Origin: an uncultured Bacteroidia bacterium
Lineage (GTDB): Bacteria; Bacteroidota; Bacteroidia; Bacteroidales; ML635J-15
Reading direction: 5' to 3'
Assembly (NCBI GenBank): GCA_902800045.1
Contig: CADCCZ010000001.1
Span: 436,640 to 500,639 of the forward strand
Length of the DNA stretch: 64,000 nucleotides
Position 1 is the stretch's first letter, and each line of letters begins with the position of its first letter. The notes under the pieces are model-generated. The model was not told the DNA's origin. It made no database searches and was given only the letters and a program-made list of their open reading frames with translations. A program made the position numbers and the translations under genes. Positions 1-10,314 of the stretch are shown piece after piece.

Positions 1-3000
1 TCGACAATGATGGAAACATATATGTTACAGGAACATTCTCCGGGTCTATTTCCATTGATGGGCATTCGTTGGTGTCGGCAGGGTCTACCGATTTCTACGT
101 TATGAAGATGTCGCCATCGGGGTCGGTTGTTTGGCTCAAGGCTGGCGGTAGTTCTGCTGTGGAGCAGGGAAATGCAATAGCTGTTGACGCAAACGCAAAC
201 GTGTATGTTGTTGGTGTTTCCAACGATAATACTTCGTTTGATGGTAACGCTTTCCCCTCGAGAGGTTCGAAGGACGGATTTTTGCTTAAGTTAGATTCGG
301 ATGGTAACTACGTGTATGTGAGAACTTTGGGTTCTTTCCAGGATGACAATGCCATCGATGTTGCTGTCGATGGTGCCAACAATGTGATTGTTACTGGATA
401 TTTTAGTTTCGCATTGCAGATTGGTCCTTTGGCTTTCTATCAGGAGGCAAGAGGTGGCGATGATTCTTTCCTTGTCAAGTTTGATGGCTCGGGTGATGTA
501 GTGTGGTCGATGACTAACGCATCAACTTCGTATGATTATGGCAGACGTGTGGCTTGTGATGCATCCAACAATGTGTATGTAGCTGGCGAATTCAAGGGGG
601 CAATGTCGCAAAGCGGATATGGGCCGATGTCTGCTAATGACAGAGACGTGTATCTCGCAAAGTATACCTCGACAGGAACTTATCTGTGGTCTAAAACGGT
701 TGGCGCTGTTGGAAATGATAGCGTAAGGGCAATGGCTGTAACTCCGGAAGGAATTGCATATATAGCAATTAAGACAGCGTTTCAAACGGTTATTAATGTA
801 TATCCTTCTTCTGGAGCTGCTGGGACTGGATCAGTTATAACTTTAAATATCCAAGAAAATAGTTCTGTGACGATCGGCGATATGCTTTGTGATTATTACG
901 GTAATGTTTATGTAGCAGGAGATTATACCGGTTCTGTAAATTTTGGAGAGGGATACGTGACGTCTACAGGAAGCGGTAGCGACTATTTTATAGTAAGATA
1001 TGGCTCTGATAATGCTGCCAATATGCATTTTTATGGAAACCAATTGTCGCAAAATTCGATAAATACCTTAGCTCTTGACTATGCCAATAATGTTGTGGTG
1101 GGCGGTTCGTTTACTTCATCGATAACAATGGGCTCCGATACAGAAACATCGAACGGTTCGTCAGATGCTTTGGTTATTAAGTTCGAACGCTATATGAGTT
1201 TCGGACAGGCAAACATAACTAGTCAAAACTGTAATGCCAGCAATATGGGCATTAGCGTAGAAGTAATGGGCGGTGAGGCTCCATATACGTATTATTGGTC
1301 TAATAATTCTACAAGCGAATCGCTTAATGGTGTTTCGGCCGGTACATACAGCCTTACTGTCGTTGATAATGCGCATTGCTTTATTACCGAAACTTATGTC
1401 TTGTCTGCACCTCAGGCACCAACTATAACATTGCCAAACATTCCTACATTGTGCCCATCAGATACGGTAACAATAAATGCTCCCGAAGGTATGGTATCTT
1501 ATCTTTGGAATACTGGATCTACCGAAAGTTCGATACAGGTTTATACGCCAGGCGTTTACACCGTTGAGGTAACAGCACAGTATTCGTGTACGACATCGGC
1601 TTCTGTTACTGTTTCTCAATATCCTAACATTGATGTGCTTCCCGAAACAGACTATTATTTCTGCCCCGACGAATCTCTGGTAATTAATGCAACAGGATTT
1701 TTGTCGTACTATTGGTCGAATGGCTCGTCAACATCTACATTTGAAACACCTGTGGAATATACTTTCTGGGTGCGTGCTTACAATGGAATATGCTATTATT
1801 ACGATACAATTACAACGCATAGGTATCCCAGGCCATCGGTAGAACTCGGTTCCGATACATATTTCTGCGAAGGTGATAGTGTCTTGGTGACAGCTCCTGA
1901 TGGTTATTCTGCATATTCGTGGAGCAATGGTGCCGAAGGTCGCTCAATATGGGTAAGTAGCGAAGGCGAGCTTGTCCTCGAAGCTTCCGATGCAAATTCA
2001 TGTAAGGCATCCGATTCGATAAATGTTGGCAAAAGGAATAGCCCTAATGTCAATTTGGGACCCGATACAACATATTGTACCGAAGGAAAGGTGCTAATCG
2101 GTTCGTCGGAACCATATACGAATTGCAGTTTCTTATGGAATACGGGAGAAGAGGCAAGTGCGATTTATATATCAGAAACTGGTACTTATTGGATGCGTGT
2201 GACAAACGAATACGAATGCTCTAACGCCGATACTGTACATATTAATATAATAAGCGTACCTCCAATCGGATTGCCGGATGTACTTGATTATTGCGACGAT
2301 TATGTGACATTGGCTCCGGTGAATAGCTTCGAATCGTACCAGTGGAGTACTGGCGAGACAACAGCAACAATAGATGTAAATTACTCCGAGGTGTTCTCGG
2401 TGACTGTTACCGATATAAATGGTTGTACAATCAGCGATGAGGTATATGCAGTAAAGCATAATATAGTTGAGCCGTTCTTCGGCAACGATACTGTGTTCTG
2501 CGGACTGGAATCGCGTCGCTTGCACCTTAATACTACATACACGTCGTATTCTTGGAACAACGGTTCTACAAATCCTTTCATCGACGTTGCTAATCCTGGC
2601 GGTTATTATTCGCTTAGTGTTACCAATGAAAATGGTTGTACGGCAAGCACTTCGATGAATGCAAGTTTTACCGACAATTATCCCGAAATCAGAAAGATAA
2701 CTTCGGGTAAGGGCCTTGTCGTTGTCGAGGTTGAAGGCGGTGTGCCGCCATATTACTATTCGGCCGATGGAAAAACTTGGCAGACATCAAACATATTCGA
2801 TAACTTGCCTTCCGATTTTTACGACATTATGGTTCAAGACAATAACTATTGTATAGACCAGATGCAGACTTTCCTCGATGCTTCTGTCGGTATTCCATCG
2901 TTCTTTACGCCAAACAACGATGGCTTCAACGATACGTGGATAATAACAGGTCTGTATATGTATCCCGATTCGAAGGTGGCCGTTTACGATAGATATGGAA

Positions 3001-3146
3001 AGCAGGTTTTCGAGTCGAAGGGCGCTGTTTGCGAATGGGATGGTATGTATGGCGGATATAAATTGCCAAGCGATTCGTATTGGTATGTAGTTCATTTGGG
3101 ATCAGATTTTCCTGCACTCAAAGGAAGCGTGACAATTAAGAGGTAA
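1..3146 (+). CDS. T9SS type-B cargo protein (SBBP-like beta-propeller repeats, SprB/PKD-like repeats, gliding-motility-associated C-terminal domain); 5'-truncated
   Basis: Frame is open from position 3 (DNDGNIYVTG). Repeated IAVDxxxNVYVxG propeller motifs, YxWSxG-type repeats, and C-terminal PSFFTPNNDGFNDTW...IYDRYG-like...GSVTIKR type-B CTD. Confidence 0.85.
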   Translation, partial: DNDGNIYVTGTFSGSISIDGHSLVSAGSTDFYVMKMSPSGSVVWLKAGGSSAVEQGNAIAVDANANVYVVGVSNDNTSFDGNAFPSRGSKDGFLLKLDSDGNYVYVRTLGSFQDDNAIDVAVDGANNVIVTGYFSFALQIGPLAFYQEARGGDDSFLVKFDGSGDVVWSMTNASTSYDYGRRVACDASNNVYVAGEFKGAMSQSGYGPMSANDRDVYLAKYTSTGTYLWSKTVGAVGNDSVRAMAVTPEGIAYIAIKTAFQTVINVYPSSGAAGTGSVITLNIQENSSVTIGDMLCDYYGNVYVAGDYTGSVNFGEGYVTSTGSGSDYFIVRYGSDNAANMHFYGNQLSQNSINTLALDYANNVVVGGSFTSSITMGSDTETSNGSSDALVIKFERYMSFGQANITSQNCNASNMGISVEVMGGEAPYTYYWSNNSTSESLNGVSAGTYSLTVVDNAHCFITETYVLSAPQAPTITLPNIPTLCPSDTVTINAPEGMVSYLWNTGSTESSIQVYTPGVYTVEVTAQYSCTTSASVTVSQYPNIDVLPETDYYFCPDESLVINATGFLSYYWSNGSSTSTFETPVEYTFWVRAYNGICYYYDTITTHRYPRPSVELGSDTYFCEGDSVLVTAPDGYSAYSWSNGAEGRSIWVSSEGELVLEASDANSCKASDSINVGKRNSPNVNLGPDTTYCTEGKVLIGSSEPYTNCSFLWNTGEEASAIYISETGTYWMRVTNEYECSNADTVHINIISVPPIGLPDVLDYCDDYVTLAPVNSFESYQWSTGETTATIDVNYSEVFSVTVTDINGCTISDEVYAVKHNIVEPFFGNDTVFCGLESRRLHLNTTYTSYSWNNGSTNPFIDVANPGGYYSLSVTNENGCTASTSMNASFTDNYPEIRKITSGKGLVVVEVEGGVPPYYYSADGKTWQTSNIFDNLPSDFYDIMVQDNNYCIDQMQTFLDASVGIPSFFTPNNDGFNDTWIITGLYMYPDSKVAVYDRYGKQVFESKGAVCEWDGMYGGYKLPSDSYWYVVHLGSDFPALKGSVTIKR

Positions 3147-3203
3147 AATCTGTTGTAAAAAGTGAATTGATGATATGGGAGTTTAACTTTAATTGATAAT
3201 AAA

Positions 3204-3839
3204 ATGAGAGTAAAAAATGTAATTTTGGTAATGTCGTTGCTATGCATTTCCTTTATGATAGCAAAGGCGCAGAGTGTTCAAGTCAAAAACAGTGCATTTG
3301 ATGTGTTGTATCGCGGCGTAAAGAATCCTGTTTCGATTGTATCTTGTTCAAACGATGGCGTACCATCAATTTCAAGTGGAGCAAAAATTTATTCAGGAAA
3401 TGTTCCTGGCTTCGATGCTCAGTATGTGGTTGAAATAACCGACCCGGATGTAAAGTCGGTGACAATAAGTGTAGGAGAGGTTTCAACCCAGTTTAGAGTG
3501 TTGAATCTTCCTACGCCGACAATCAAAATTGGAGAATATTGGAGTGGGAATGAAATCCCTAAGTCGGTATTTACGAACTCCACACAGCTTGATGCTGTAA
3601 TCGACGATGTAAACTTTCCGTTCAAGGATGTCGAATATACTGTAACTCAATATTCATATATGACAGAGGCGAATGGTATAACATCATCTCATGTAGTAAA
3701 TGGAAATAAATTAACTGAAGAACTTCTGAAAGATATTAAAAAGAAACGTTCTGGTGACAATATAATGTTCATTGGAATAAAGGTCTCTACTCCTGCCGGA
3801 CCAAGGAATGCCCCTGGTTTTATTGTAAGATTGGAATAA
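3204..3839 (+). CDS. Signal-peptide protein resembling the GldM/PorM C-terminal periplasmic domains
   Basis: Motifs VLYRGVKNPVSI, FRVLNLPTP and GNKL...GDNIMFIGIKV resemble GldM C-terminal domains. Only 211 aa, with a cleavable signal (AKA|Q). Confidence 0.6.
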   Translation: MRVKNVILVMSLLCISFMIAKAQSVQVKNSAFDVLYRGVKNPVSIVSCSNDGVPSISSGAKIYSGNVPGFDAQYVVEITDPDVKSVTISVGEVSTQFRVLNLPTPTIKIGEYWSGNEIPKSVFTNSTQLDAVIDDVNFPFKDVEYTVTQYSYMTEANGITSSHVVNGNKLTEELLKDIKKKRSGDNIMFIGIKVSTPAGPRNAPGFIVRLE

Positions 3840-3866
3840 AAGCCCTCAAGGGACATATATCTTAGT

Positions 3867-3909
3867 AAGTTGCTTTGCTGTATTACATATACGGCAAAGC
3901 AACTTTTTT
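3867..3909 (+). terminator. Intrinsic terminator
   Basis: AAGTTGCTTTGCTGTA...TACGGCAAAGCAACTT hairpin followed by a T run. Confidence 0.85.
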
Positions 3910-3951
3910 ATTCTAATACTTTTTTTCTATTGTTTCCATGTTAAAAAGCAT

Positions 3952-3959
3952 TATATTTG
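3952..3959 (+). promoter_or_regulatory. Bacteroidota sigma70 -7 element (TATATTTG) for LRR gene 1
   Basis: Matches TAnnTTTG, 30 bp upstream of ATG 3990. Confidence 0.65.
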
Positions 3960-3989
3960 TGCCATTAATTTGTAGATAATGTCTTTTTT

Positions 3990-6900
3990 ATGAGGAAAAT
4001 ATATGCAATAATACTATTGTTCCTTTCAAGCTTGCTTGCAACAAGTGCAAAGGCATACGACTTTTATGCAGATTGTGCTACGGGGCAAACGCTATGCTAT
4101 ACCATAACTTCCGATACATTGCCTTATACAGTGAAGGTGGTTCGAAGTATTTTTTCTGTATCTGGTGACATAGAAATCCCGGAATCCGTTGAGAGCAACA
4201 GCATAGAATATAGTGTTACGGCTGTAGGCGATTCTGCGTTTTTCTATGATTCAGATGTTACATCGGTAATAATTCCCAATACTGTTACTGTTATTGGTTC
4301 ATACGCATTTCATGGTTGTGAACTTTTGCAATCCGTAACATTTCCCAATTCGTTGACTGCCATAGGCGACTACGCGATTAGTTATTGTTATGCATTGGGT
4401 CCGTCGATAACTATTCCCGAAAACGTAACAAGTATTGGCAGAAGCGCATTTATTTACTGTCGCGAACTTACTACTGTAAATTTCAATGCGACAAACTGCA
4501 CGAATATTGGTTCCTCGAGTTATTATGCGTTCGGCAATTGCTCGGCGTTATCAACCCTAAATATTGGCGATAATGTTATCAATATTCCGGCTTATGCCTT
4601 TTATAATTGCCATAGTCTGTCAACCGTTGCTATCCCAAGTACGGTTCAGACTATTGGTACAGATGCGTTTAAATACGTAAGGAATATAGTATATGGCGGT
4701 AGTGCGGAAGGAAGCCCTTGGGGTGCATTGACGGTTAATGGTTATGTAGAAGGGACGCTTGTATATTCCGACAATACAAAGACCAAGATAACTGGTTGCA
4801 TTGCTACTGCCACATCTGTTGAAATACCAAGTTCGGTAACTGAAATTGGAGAGCGAGCCTTCTACAATTGTACCGGGTTGTCGGAGATTTCTCTTCCCAA
4901 TACAGTTACTAGTGTCGGCGATTATGCGTTTATGGGTAGTTGCAATGTTCCCGTGTATAATGATACCTGGTTTGCTTATTTTCCTAAGAATTATGCAACA
5001 GAATACACTATACCTGAAGGAATACAGCATATTGCTGGCGGTGCTTTCTATGCATATAATAGCGGACTGGCTGCCGTTACTATACCAAATACTGTTACCA
5101 CAATTGGCAAAGAGGCTTTTTATTACAATGCGTCATTGACATCGATTACGATTCCGGAATCTGTTGTTTCCATTGGCGAAAGGGCTTTTTATTATTGTAA
5201 TAATCTTACCACAGTCAATTTTTATGCAATAAATTGTACGGCAGAGGGTCTATCTACGACAATGTCCTTGTTTGGTGACGCGGTGACAAGCTTGACTATA
5301 GGCGAAAGAGTAACACGCATTCCGGATTATGCATTTATAGATTGTACCGGACTGACAGGTCCTTTGGTAATTCCCGATTCGGTAACCTATATTGGTGAGG
5401 AGGCCTTTGCCTGGTGCAGCGGAATTACCGAGATTACTTTAGGTAAATCTGTGGATGATGTTGGCGCTTGGGCTTTTTCTGGATGCTCGTCAATGACAAC
5501 ATTCAACTACAATGCCGAAAACTGCACATCGTTCTCTCCTGGTAACTATTGGGCATTTAATTCCTGCTCTTCGTTTACAACCTTGAATATCGGTGAAAAT
5601 GTAAAATCTATTCCGCCACGGGCATTCCAATTATGTAATTTCACAGAGGTGACAATCCCTGATTCCGTAACATATATCGGCGAAGAGGCATTTATGAATT
5701 GCAGACAATTGGCTACAGTTAACTATAATGCAATAAATTGTACAGTTGAAGGTATTTCTTCGACAAGACCATTGTTTGGCTCCGCTTTGACATCTCTGAC
5801 TATCGGAGAAAAAGTAAAAACCATTCCTAGTTATGCATTTGCTAACTGCAGCGGCCTTACAGGAACCTTGATATTGCCCGATTCGCTCGAAAGTATAGGA
5901 TATGGCGCATTTTCCGGTTGTAGCGGATTTACAGGTACATTGACAATACCGGAATCGGTTACAAGTTTTGCCAGTGCTGTGTTTTCAGGTTGTAGCGGCT
6001 TGACATCTATCGTTTTCAATGCGACCAATTGTACCGAAATGAGCAGTTGCTTTACTGATTGCACATCGATAACGAGCTTGACTATTGGCGAAAATGTAAC
6101 ACGTATTCCTGATCATTCGTTTCGCCAATTAGGCCTGACAGGTACATTAACATTTCCCGAGTCTGTAACAAGTATTGGCGAATGGGCATTTTACGACTGT
6201 AACGAATTGACGGAAGTTGTGATTGGCAACTCGGTTACAACCATTGGTGATTATGCATTTTTTTCTTGTAGTGGCTTGACATCGGTTACAATTTCCAATT
6301 CTGTTTCAAGCATTGGAAGAGATGCGTTTTATAGTTGCGGTAATCTGACTACTGTTAACTATAATGCAACCAACTGTACAAGCATGGGTGATTACGGTTC
6401 TTATATATTTTCTAGTTGCACGTCATTGACAACCATACATATTGCCGAAAATGTAACCAGAATTCCTGAGTACGCTTTTTATGATTGCGGAAGCATAACC
6501 GACATATATATGTATTCGAGTACACCGCCAACAATCGTAAACAGTACTTATTCATTTGCATCGGCAACGTATTCAAACGCAACAGTATGGACTCCGTGTC
6601 CAGCTGCGGCAATATACAGAAACACAAGCTCATGGAATCGTTTTTCGAACATACAGAACGAGCAAACAACAATTTATAACATTGCCGTGCAAACTGCCGA
6701 TGCTAACATGGGTGATGTTGCTGGCGACGGAAGTTTTACCTGTGATACGGAAGTTACTCTAACTGCAACGCCCAACGACGGCTACCGCTTCCTGTCGTGG
6801 AGCGACGGCAACGAGGACAATCCGAGGACAATAGTCGTAGGCGGTGATAGCACTTTTGTCGCAAGCTTCAGGGCTATACATACGATAACGGCATCGGCAA

Positions 6901-8144
6901 GTGTTGGCGGAACAATATCGCCGAGCGGCGAAATTACAGTCGATGAGGATGCCGACCAGTCGTTCACAATTGCTCCGGCAAACTGCTATAGGCTCGCAAG
7001 CGTGCTGGTCGATGGGGTAGAGGCTATCGACGAGATGGTAGGTGGCGTTTACACATTCACGGGAGTAACCGCCGACCATACTATTGAGGCAATATTCGAG
7101 ATGCTTACATACACGATTTCCGTAACAGCAAGCGAACACGGTACAGTAACCCATGAAGGCAACGATGGTGATGCTGTTGTAAACTGCGGCTCAAGCCAGA
7201 GCTTTACAATTACCCCCGAAACCTATTACCGTATATTAAGCGTAATAGTTGACGGACAAGATGTTACCGGTCAGTTGGTTGGCGGCGTTTACACATTTGC
7301 CAATGTAACGGCCGACCATACTATTGCGGTGACATTCGAAATTATAACTTACACAATCGACGCATCGGCAAACAACGACGAGTTCGGTTCGGTTTCGGGT
7401 GGCGGAACATACGATGCTGGAACCGAAATAAGCCTCACGGCAACGCCCAACGACGGCTATCGCTTTGTTTCGTGGAACGATGCCAATACCGACAATCCGC
7501 GTACATTGATAGTCACAAGCGACAGTACGTTTGTTGCAACATTTGTACGAAGCCAGTTCGCAATCACGGCGATTTCATCTGATCCTGCTGGCGGGTCTGT
7601 TATGGGAGGAGGAACATATTCCGAAGGCGATACTGCAACGCTTACAGCAACTCCAAGCATCGGCTATTGCTTTATATCGTGGAGCGACGGCAATACCGAC
7701 AATCCGCGAATGGTTGAAGTTGTACAAGATAGCACATTTGTAGCCGAATTCAGTGCAACCGTGCATCGTGCAGTCGACACCACGGTTACAAGCTACCTCT
7801 CAGCCGACGAGCATACATTTTATGTAAGTGGGGTTTACTCGTATATAATTCCGTCGGATATAGGCTGCGATACTATTGTCAACCTTACGCTTCAGGTACT
7901 CGACGAGCCGAAGGTCTTCGAAATTAGTCCTAATCCAGCGAAAAGTTTAATCTACATTTCGTCGGAAGATTATATTTCGATGGTTGAGATTTATTCAACA
8001 GCAGGAAGGCTTGTAATTCAGAAGCAAATTGATGCAAATATGGCAGAAGTGAACATTGAGTGGCTTGTTCCGGGAGTTTATTTTGTAAGGTTGTTCTGTG
8101 AAGAAGGTGGGCAGCAAGTTGTTCAAAAATTTATTAAAGAGTAA
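3990..8144 (+). CDS. BspA-family LRR surface protein 1 with InlB-B-like/Ig-like stalk and T9SS type-A CTD
   Basis: Signal peptide, IPxSVTxIGxxAF repeats, ATPNDGYRFxSW stalk repeats, C-terminal SPNPAK...GVYFVRL...KFIKE. Confidence 0.9.
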   Translation: MRKIYAIILLFLSSLLATSAKAYDFYADCATGQTLCYTITSDTLPYTVKVVRSIFSVSGDIEIPESVESNSIEYSVTAVGDSAFFYDSDVTSVIIPNTVTVIGSYAFHGCELLQSVTFPNSLTAIGDYAISYCYALGPSITIPENVTSIGRSAFIYCRELTTVNFNATNCTNIGSSSYYAFGNCSALSTLNIGDNVINIPAYAFYNCHSLSTVAIPSTVQTIGTDAFKYVRNIVYGGSAEGSPWGALTVNGYVEGTLVYSDNTKTKITGCIATATSVEIPSSVTEIGERAFYNCTGLSEISLPNTVTSVGDYAFMGSCNVPVYNDTWFAYFPKNYATEYTIPEGIQHIAGGAFYAYNSGLAAVTIPNTVTTIGKEAFYYNASLTSITIPESVVSIGERAFYYCNNLTTVNFYAINCTAEGLSTTMSLFGDAVTSLTIGERVTRIPDYAFIDCTGLTGPLVIPDSVTYIGEEAFAWCSGITEITLGKSVDDVGAWAFSGCSSMTTFNYNAENCTSFSPGNYWAFNSCSSFTTLNIGENVKSIPPRAFQLCNFTEVTIPDSVTYIGEEAFMNCRQLATVNYNAINCTVEGISSTRPLFGSALTSLTIGEKVKTIPSYAFANCSGLTGTLILPDSLESIGYGAFSGCSGFTGTLTIPESVTSFASAVFSGCSGLTSIVFNATNCTEMSSCFTDCTSITSLTIGENVTRIPDHSFRQLGLTGTLTFPESVTSIGEWAFYDCNELTEVVIGNSVTTIGDYAFFSCSGLTSVTISNSVSSIGRDAFYSCGNLTTVNYNATNCTSMGDYGSYIFSSCTSLTTIHIAENVTRIPEYAFYDCGSITDIYMYSSTPPTIVNSTYSFASATYSNATVWTPCPAAAIYRNTSSWNRFSNIQNEQTTIYNIAVQTADANMGDVAGDGSFTCDTEVTLTATPNDGYRFLSWSDGNEDNPRTIVVGGDSTFVASFRAIHTITASASVGGTISPSGEITVDEDADQSFTIAPANCYRLASVLVDGVEAIDEMVGGVYTFTGVTADHTIEAIFEMLTYTISVTASEHGTVTHEGNDGDAVVNCGSSQSFTITPETYYRILSVIVDGQDVTGQLVGGVYTFANVTADHTIAVTFEIITYTIDASANNDEFGSVSGGGTYDAGTEISLTATPNDGYRFVSWNDANTDNPRTLIVTSDSTFVATFVRSQFAITAISSDPAGGSVMGGGTYSEGDTATLTATPSIGYCFISWSDGNTDNPRMVEVVQDSTFVAEFSATVHRAVDTTVTSYLSADEHTFYVSGVYSYIIPSDIGCDTIVNLTLQVLDEPKVFEISPNPAKSLIYISSEDYISMVEIYSTAGRLVIQKQIDANMAEVNIEWLVPGVYFVRLFCEEGGQQVVQKFIKE

Positions 8145-8145
8145 T

Positions 8146-10314
8146 ATGAAGAAGATATTAACATTTTTCCTTCTTTTTAGTTTGTTGGGCTTCAATGCAA
8201 AGGCCTACGACTTCACGGCAATCTGTGCTACAGGACAAACACTAGCATACACCATTACTTCCGATACCATGCCTTATACAGTGTCGCTTGTAAGAGGTGA
8301 CGCTTCTTTGTCGGGGGATATTGAAATTCCCGAATCGGTCGAATATAACGATATAGTATATTCGGTTACTGCTATTGGCGATACAGCGTTTTTTCACGAA
8401 AGTTCGATAACCTCGATAACTGTTCCTAATACAGTTACAAGTGTAGGAGAAAGAGCATTTTATGATTGCAGAGGAATTCGTGGTCTTGTTTATAATGACA
8501 ACATTTTAATGTATGTGCCGTATCTTTCGTCGTCGGTAATTTCTGTCCCTGAAGGAATAAAAACGATACATCGGGATGCATTTATAGATCATTACAATCT
8601 AAGTACCCTTACGATACCGTCTTCGGTAACAGATATTGGCTCTTACTCATTTCGATATTGTACTAATTTGTCAACGGTAAATTTTAACGCGATAGACTGC
8701 AATGCCACTAGTGCTTTTGTTTCACTAGAATCATTGACTACGCTGAATTTCGCCTCAAATGTGACTCGTATATCTGACTCTATCTGCCTTTTTTGTTCTA
8801 ATTTGGTAGATTTAGTACTTCCTGATAGTTTGACATACATTGGAAAATGTGCATTTTTAAATTGCGTATTACCTTCGACAATAACAATTCCAGAAAATGT
8901 AACATACATTGGTGAAGGCGCGTTCGGTCAGTGCACTGGATTATCGACTCTATACTTCAATGCGACAAATTGTACGTCTGATTTAATTGAAGGTTCTTCG
9001 AGTGCTACTATATTCGGCGGAAGCTCATTATCAACCGTGATTATCGGTGAAAATGTAACCCGTATTCCTAATTCATTTTTATGGGCATGTCAAAATGTGC
9101 AATCGTTAACAATTCCAGAAAGTACGACAATTATTGGAAATAAAGCGTTTCTGGCTAGCGGGCTTACAGAAATAACAATCCCAGAAAATGTAACAGAAAT
9201 TGGAGGCCTTGCATTCTGGAGTTGCACAAACCTTACTACAGTTAACTACAATGCAATAAACTGTACTTCTGCAGGCAGTTCTAGTCAATATATATTCAAA
9301 GATTGTTCTGCGCTAACGACCGTGAATATAGGTGAAAATGTAACCAATATCCCTGATTATCTGTTTTATAAATGTACCGAACTGACATCTGTCACATTTT
9401 CTAATTCGGTAACCCGCATTGGTTACCTAACATTTGGCAGTTGTAGTGCACTGCCTTCTGTTACTTTGGGTAATTCTGTAGCTACTATTGATGATTATGC
9501 ATTTAGTGGATGCATTATGTTGACAGAACTAACCATAAATTCAGCTCCAAACATTGGCGATTATGCATTTAGAATTTGCGATAGCATCACAGAAATAAAT
9601 GCAATGTCAATAACACCTCCGACTATTAGTTCCCTAAGCTTCCCATCAACATTGTATGATGCCGCAACGGTTTGGACTCCATGTCTATCGGCTTCAATAT
9701 ACAGAAGTAATAGCCAATGGAGCAGATTCACGCATATTCAAAACGAGCAAACGACCATTTATAATATAGCCGTGCAAACAGCCGATGCTAACATGGGCGA
9801 TGTTTCTGGCGACGGAGGTTTTCCCTGCGATACTGAAGTTACCCTTACTGCAATCCCCAACGACGGCTATCGTTTCCTGTCGTGGAACGACGGCAACGAA
9901 GACAATCCAAGGACTATCACAGTCGCCGGTGACAGCTCATTTGTAGCAAGTTTTAAGGCTGTGCATACAGTTACGGCGACTGCTGGCGAAAACGGTTCTA
10001 TAGATCCGAGCGGAGCCATAACAGTAGATGATGGTGCAAGCCTTCGTTTAACCTTCTTGCCAAACACGGGCTATCGCATTGCCAGTGTGATAATTGACGG
10101 TACAAACAATATTACCTCACAGGTATACAACAATGAATATACCTTGACCAATATTACAGCCAATCACACAATTGAAGTGGAATTCGAGGAAATACCAATT
10201 TTTACAATTACAGCGGCAGCTAACGAATACGGTACAGTCAGTCCTAGCGGTGATGTTTCTGTGCCAGAAGGCAGTGAATGTAGTGGCCGACCATACCATA
10301 TCGGCTACATTTGA
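8146..10314 (+). CDS. BspA-family LRR surface protein 2, N-terminal part (frameshift after 10274)
   Basis: ATG 8146 (MKKILTFF signal peptide) lies 1 bp after the gene 1 stop. Homology to paralogues ends at VSVPEG, where 110 bp are missing relative to gene 6. Confidence 0.8.
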   Translation: MKKILTFFLLFSLLGFNAKAYDFTAICATGQTLAYTITSDTMPYTVSLVRGDASLSGDIEIPESVEYNDIVYSVTAIGDTAFFHESSITSITVPNTVTSVGERAFYDCRGIRGLVYNDNILMYVPYLSSSVISVPEGIKTIHRDAFIDHYNLSTLTIPSSVTDIGSYSFRYCTNLSTVNFNAIDCNATSAFVSLESLTTLNFASNVTRISDSICLFCSNLVDLVLPDSLTYIGKCAFLNCVLPSTITIPENVTYIGEGAFGQCTGLSTLYFNATNCTSDLIEGSSSATIFGGSSLSTVIIGENVTRIPNSFLWACQNVQSLTIPESTTIIGNKAFLASGLTEITIPENVTEIGGLAFWSCTNLTTVNYNAINCTSAGSSSQYIFKDCSALTTVNIGENVTNIPDYLFYKCTELTSVTFSNSVTRIGYLTFGSCSALPSVTLGNSVATIDDYAFSGCIMLTELTINSAPNIGDYAFRICDSITEINAMSITPPTISSLSFPSTLYDAATVWTPCLSASIYRSNSQWSRFTHIQNEQTTIYNIAVQTADANMGDVSGDGGFPCDTEVTLTAIPNDGYRFLSWNDGNEDNPRTITVAGDSSFVASFKAVHTVTATAGENGSIDPSGAITVDDGASLRLTFLPNTGYRIASVIIDGTNNITSQVYNNEYTLTNITANHTIEVEFEEIPIFTITAAANEYGTVSPSGDVSVPEGSECSGRPYHIGYI

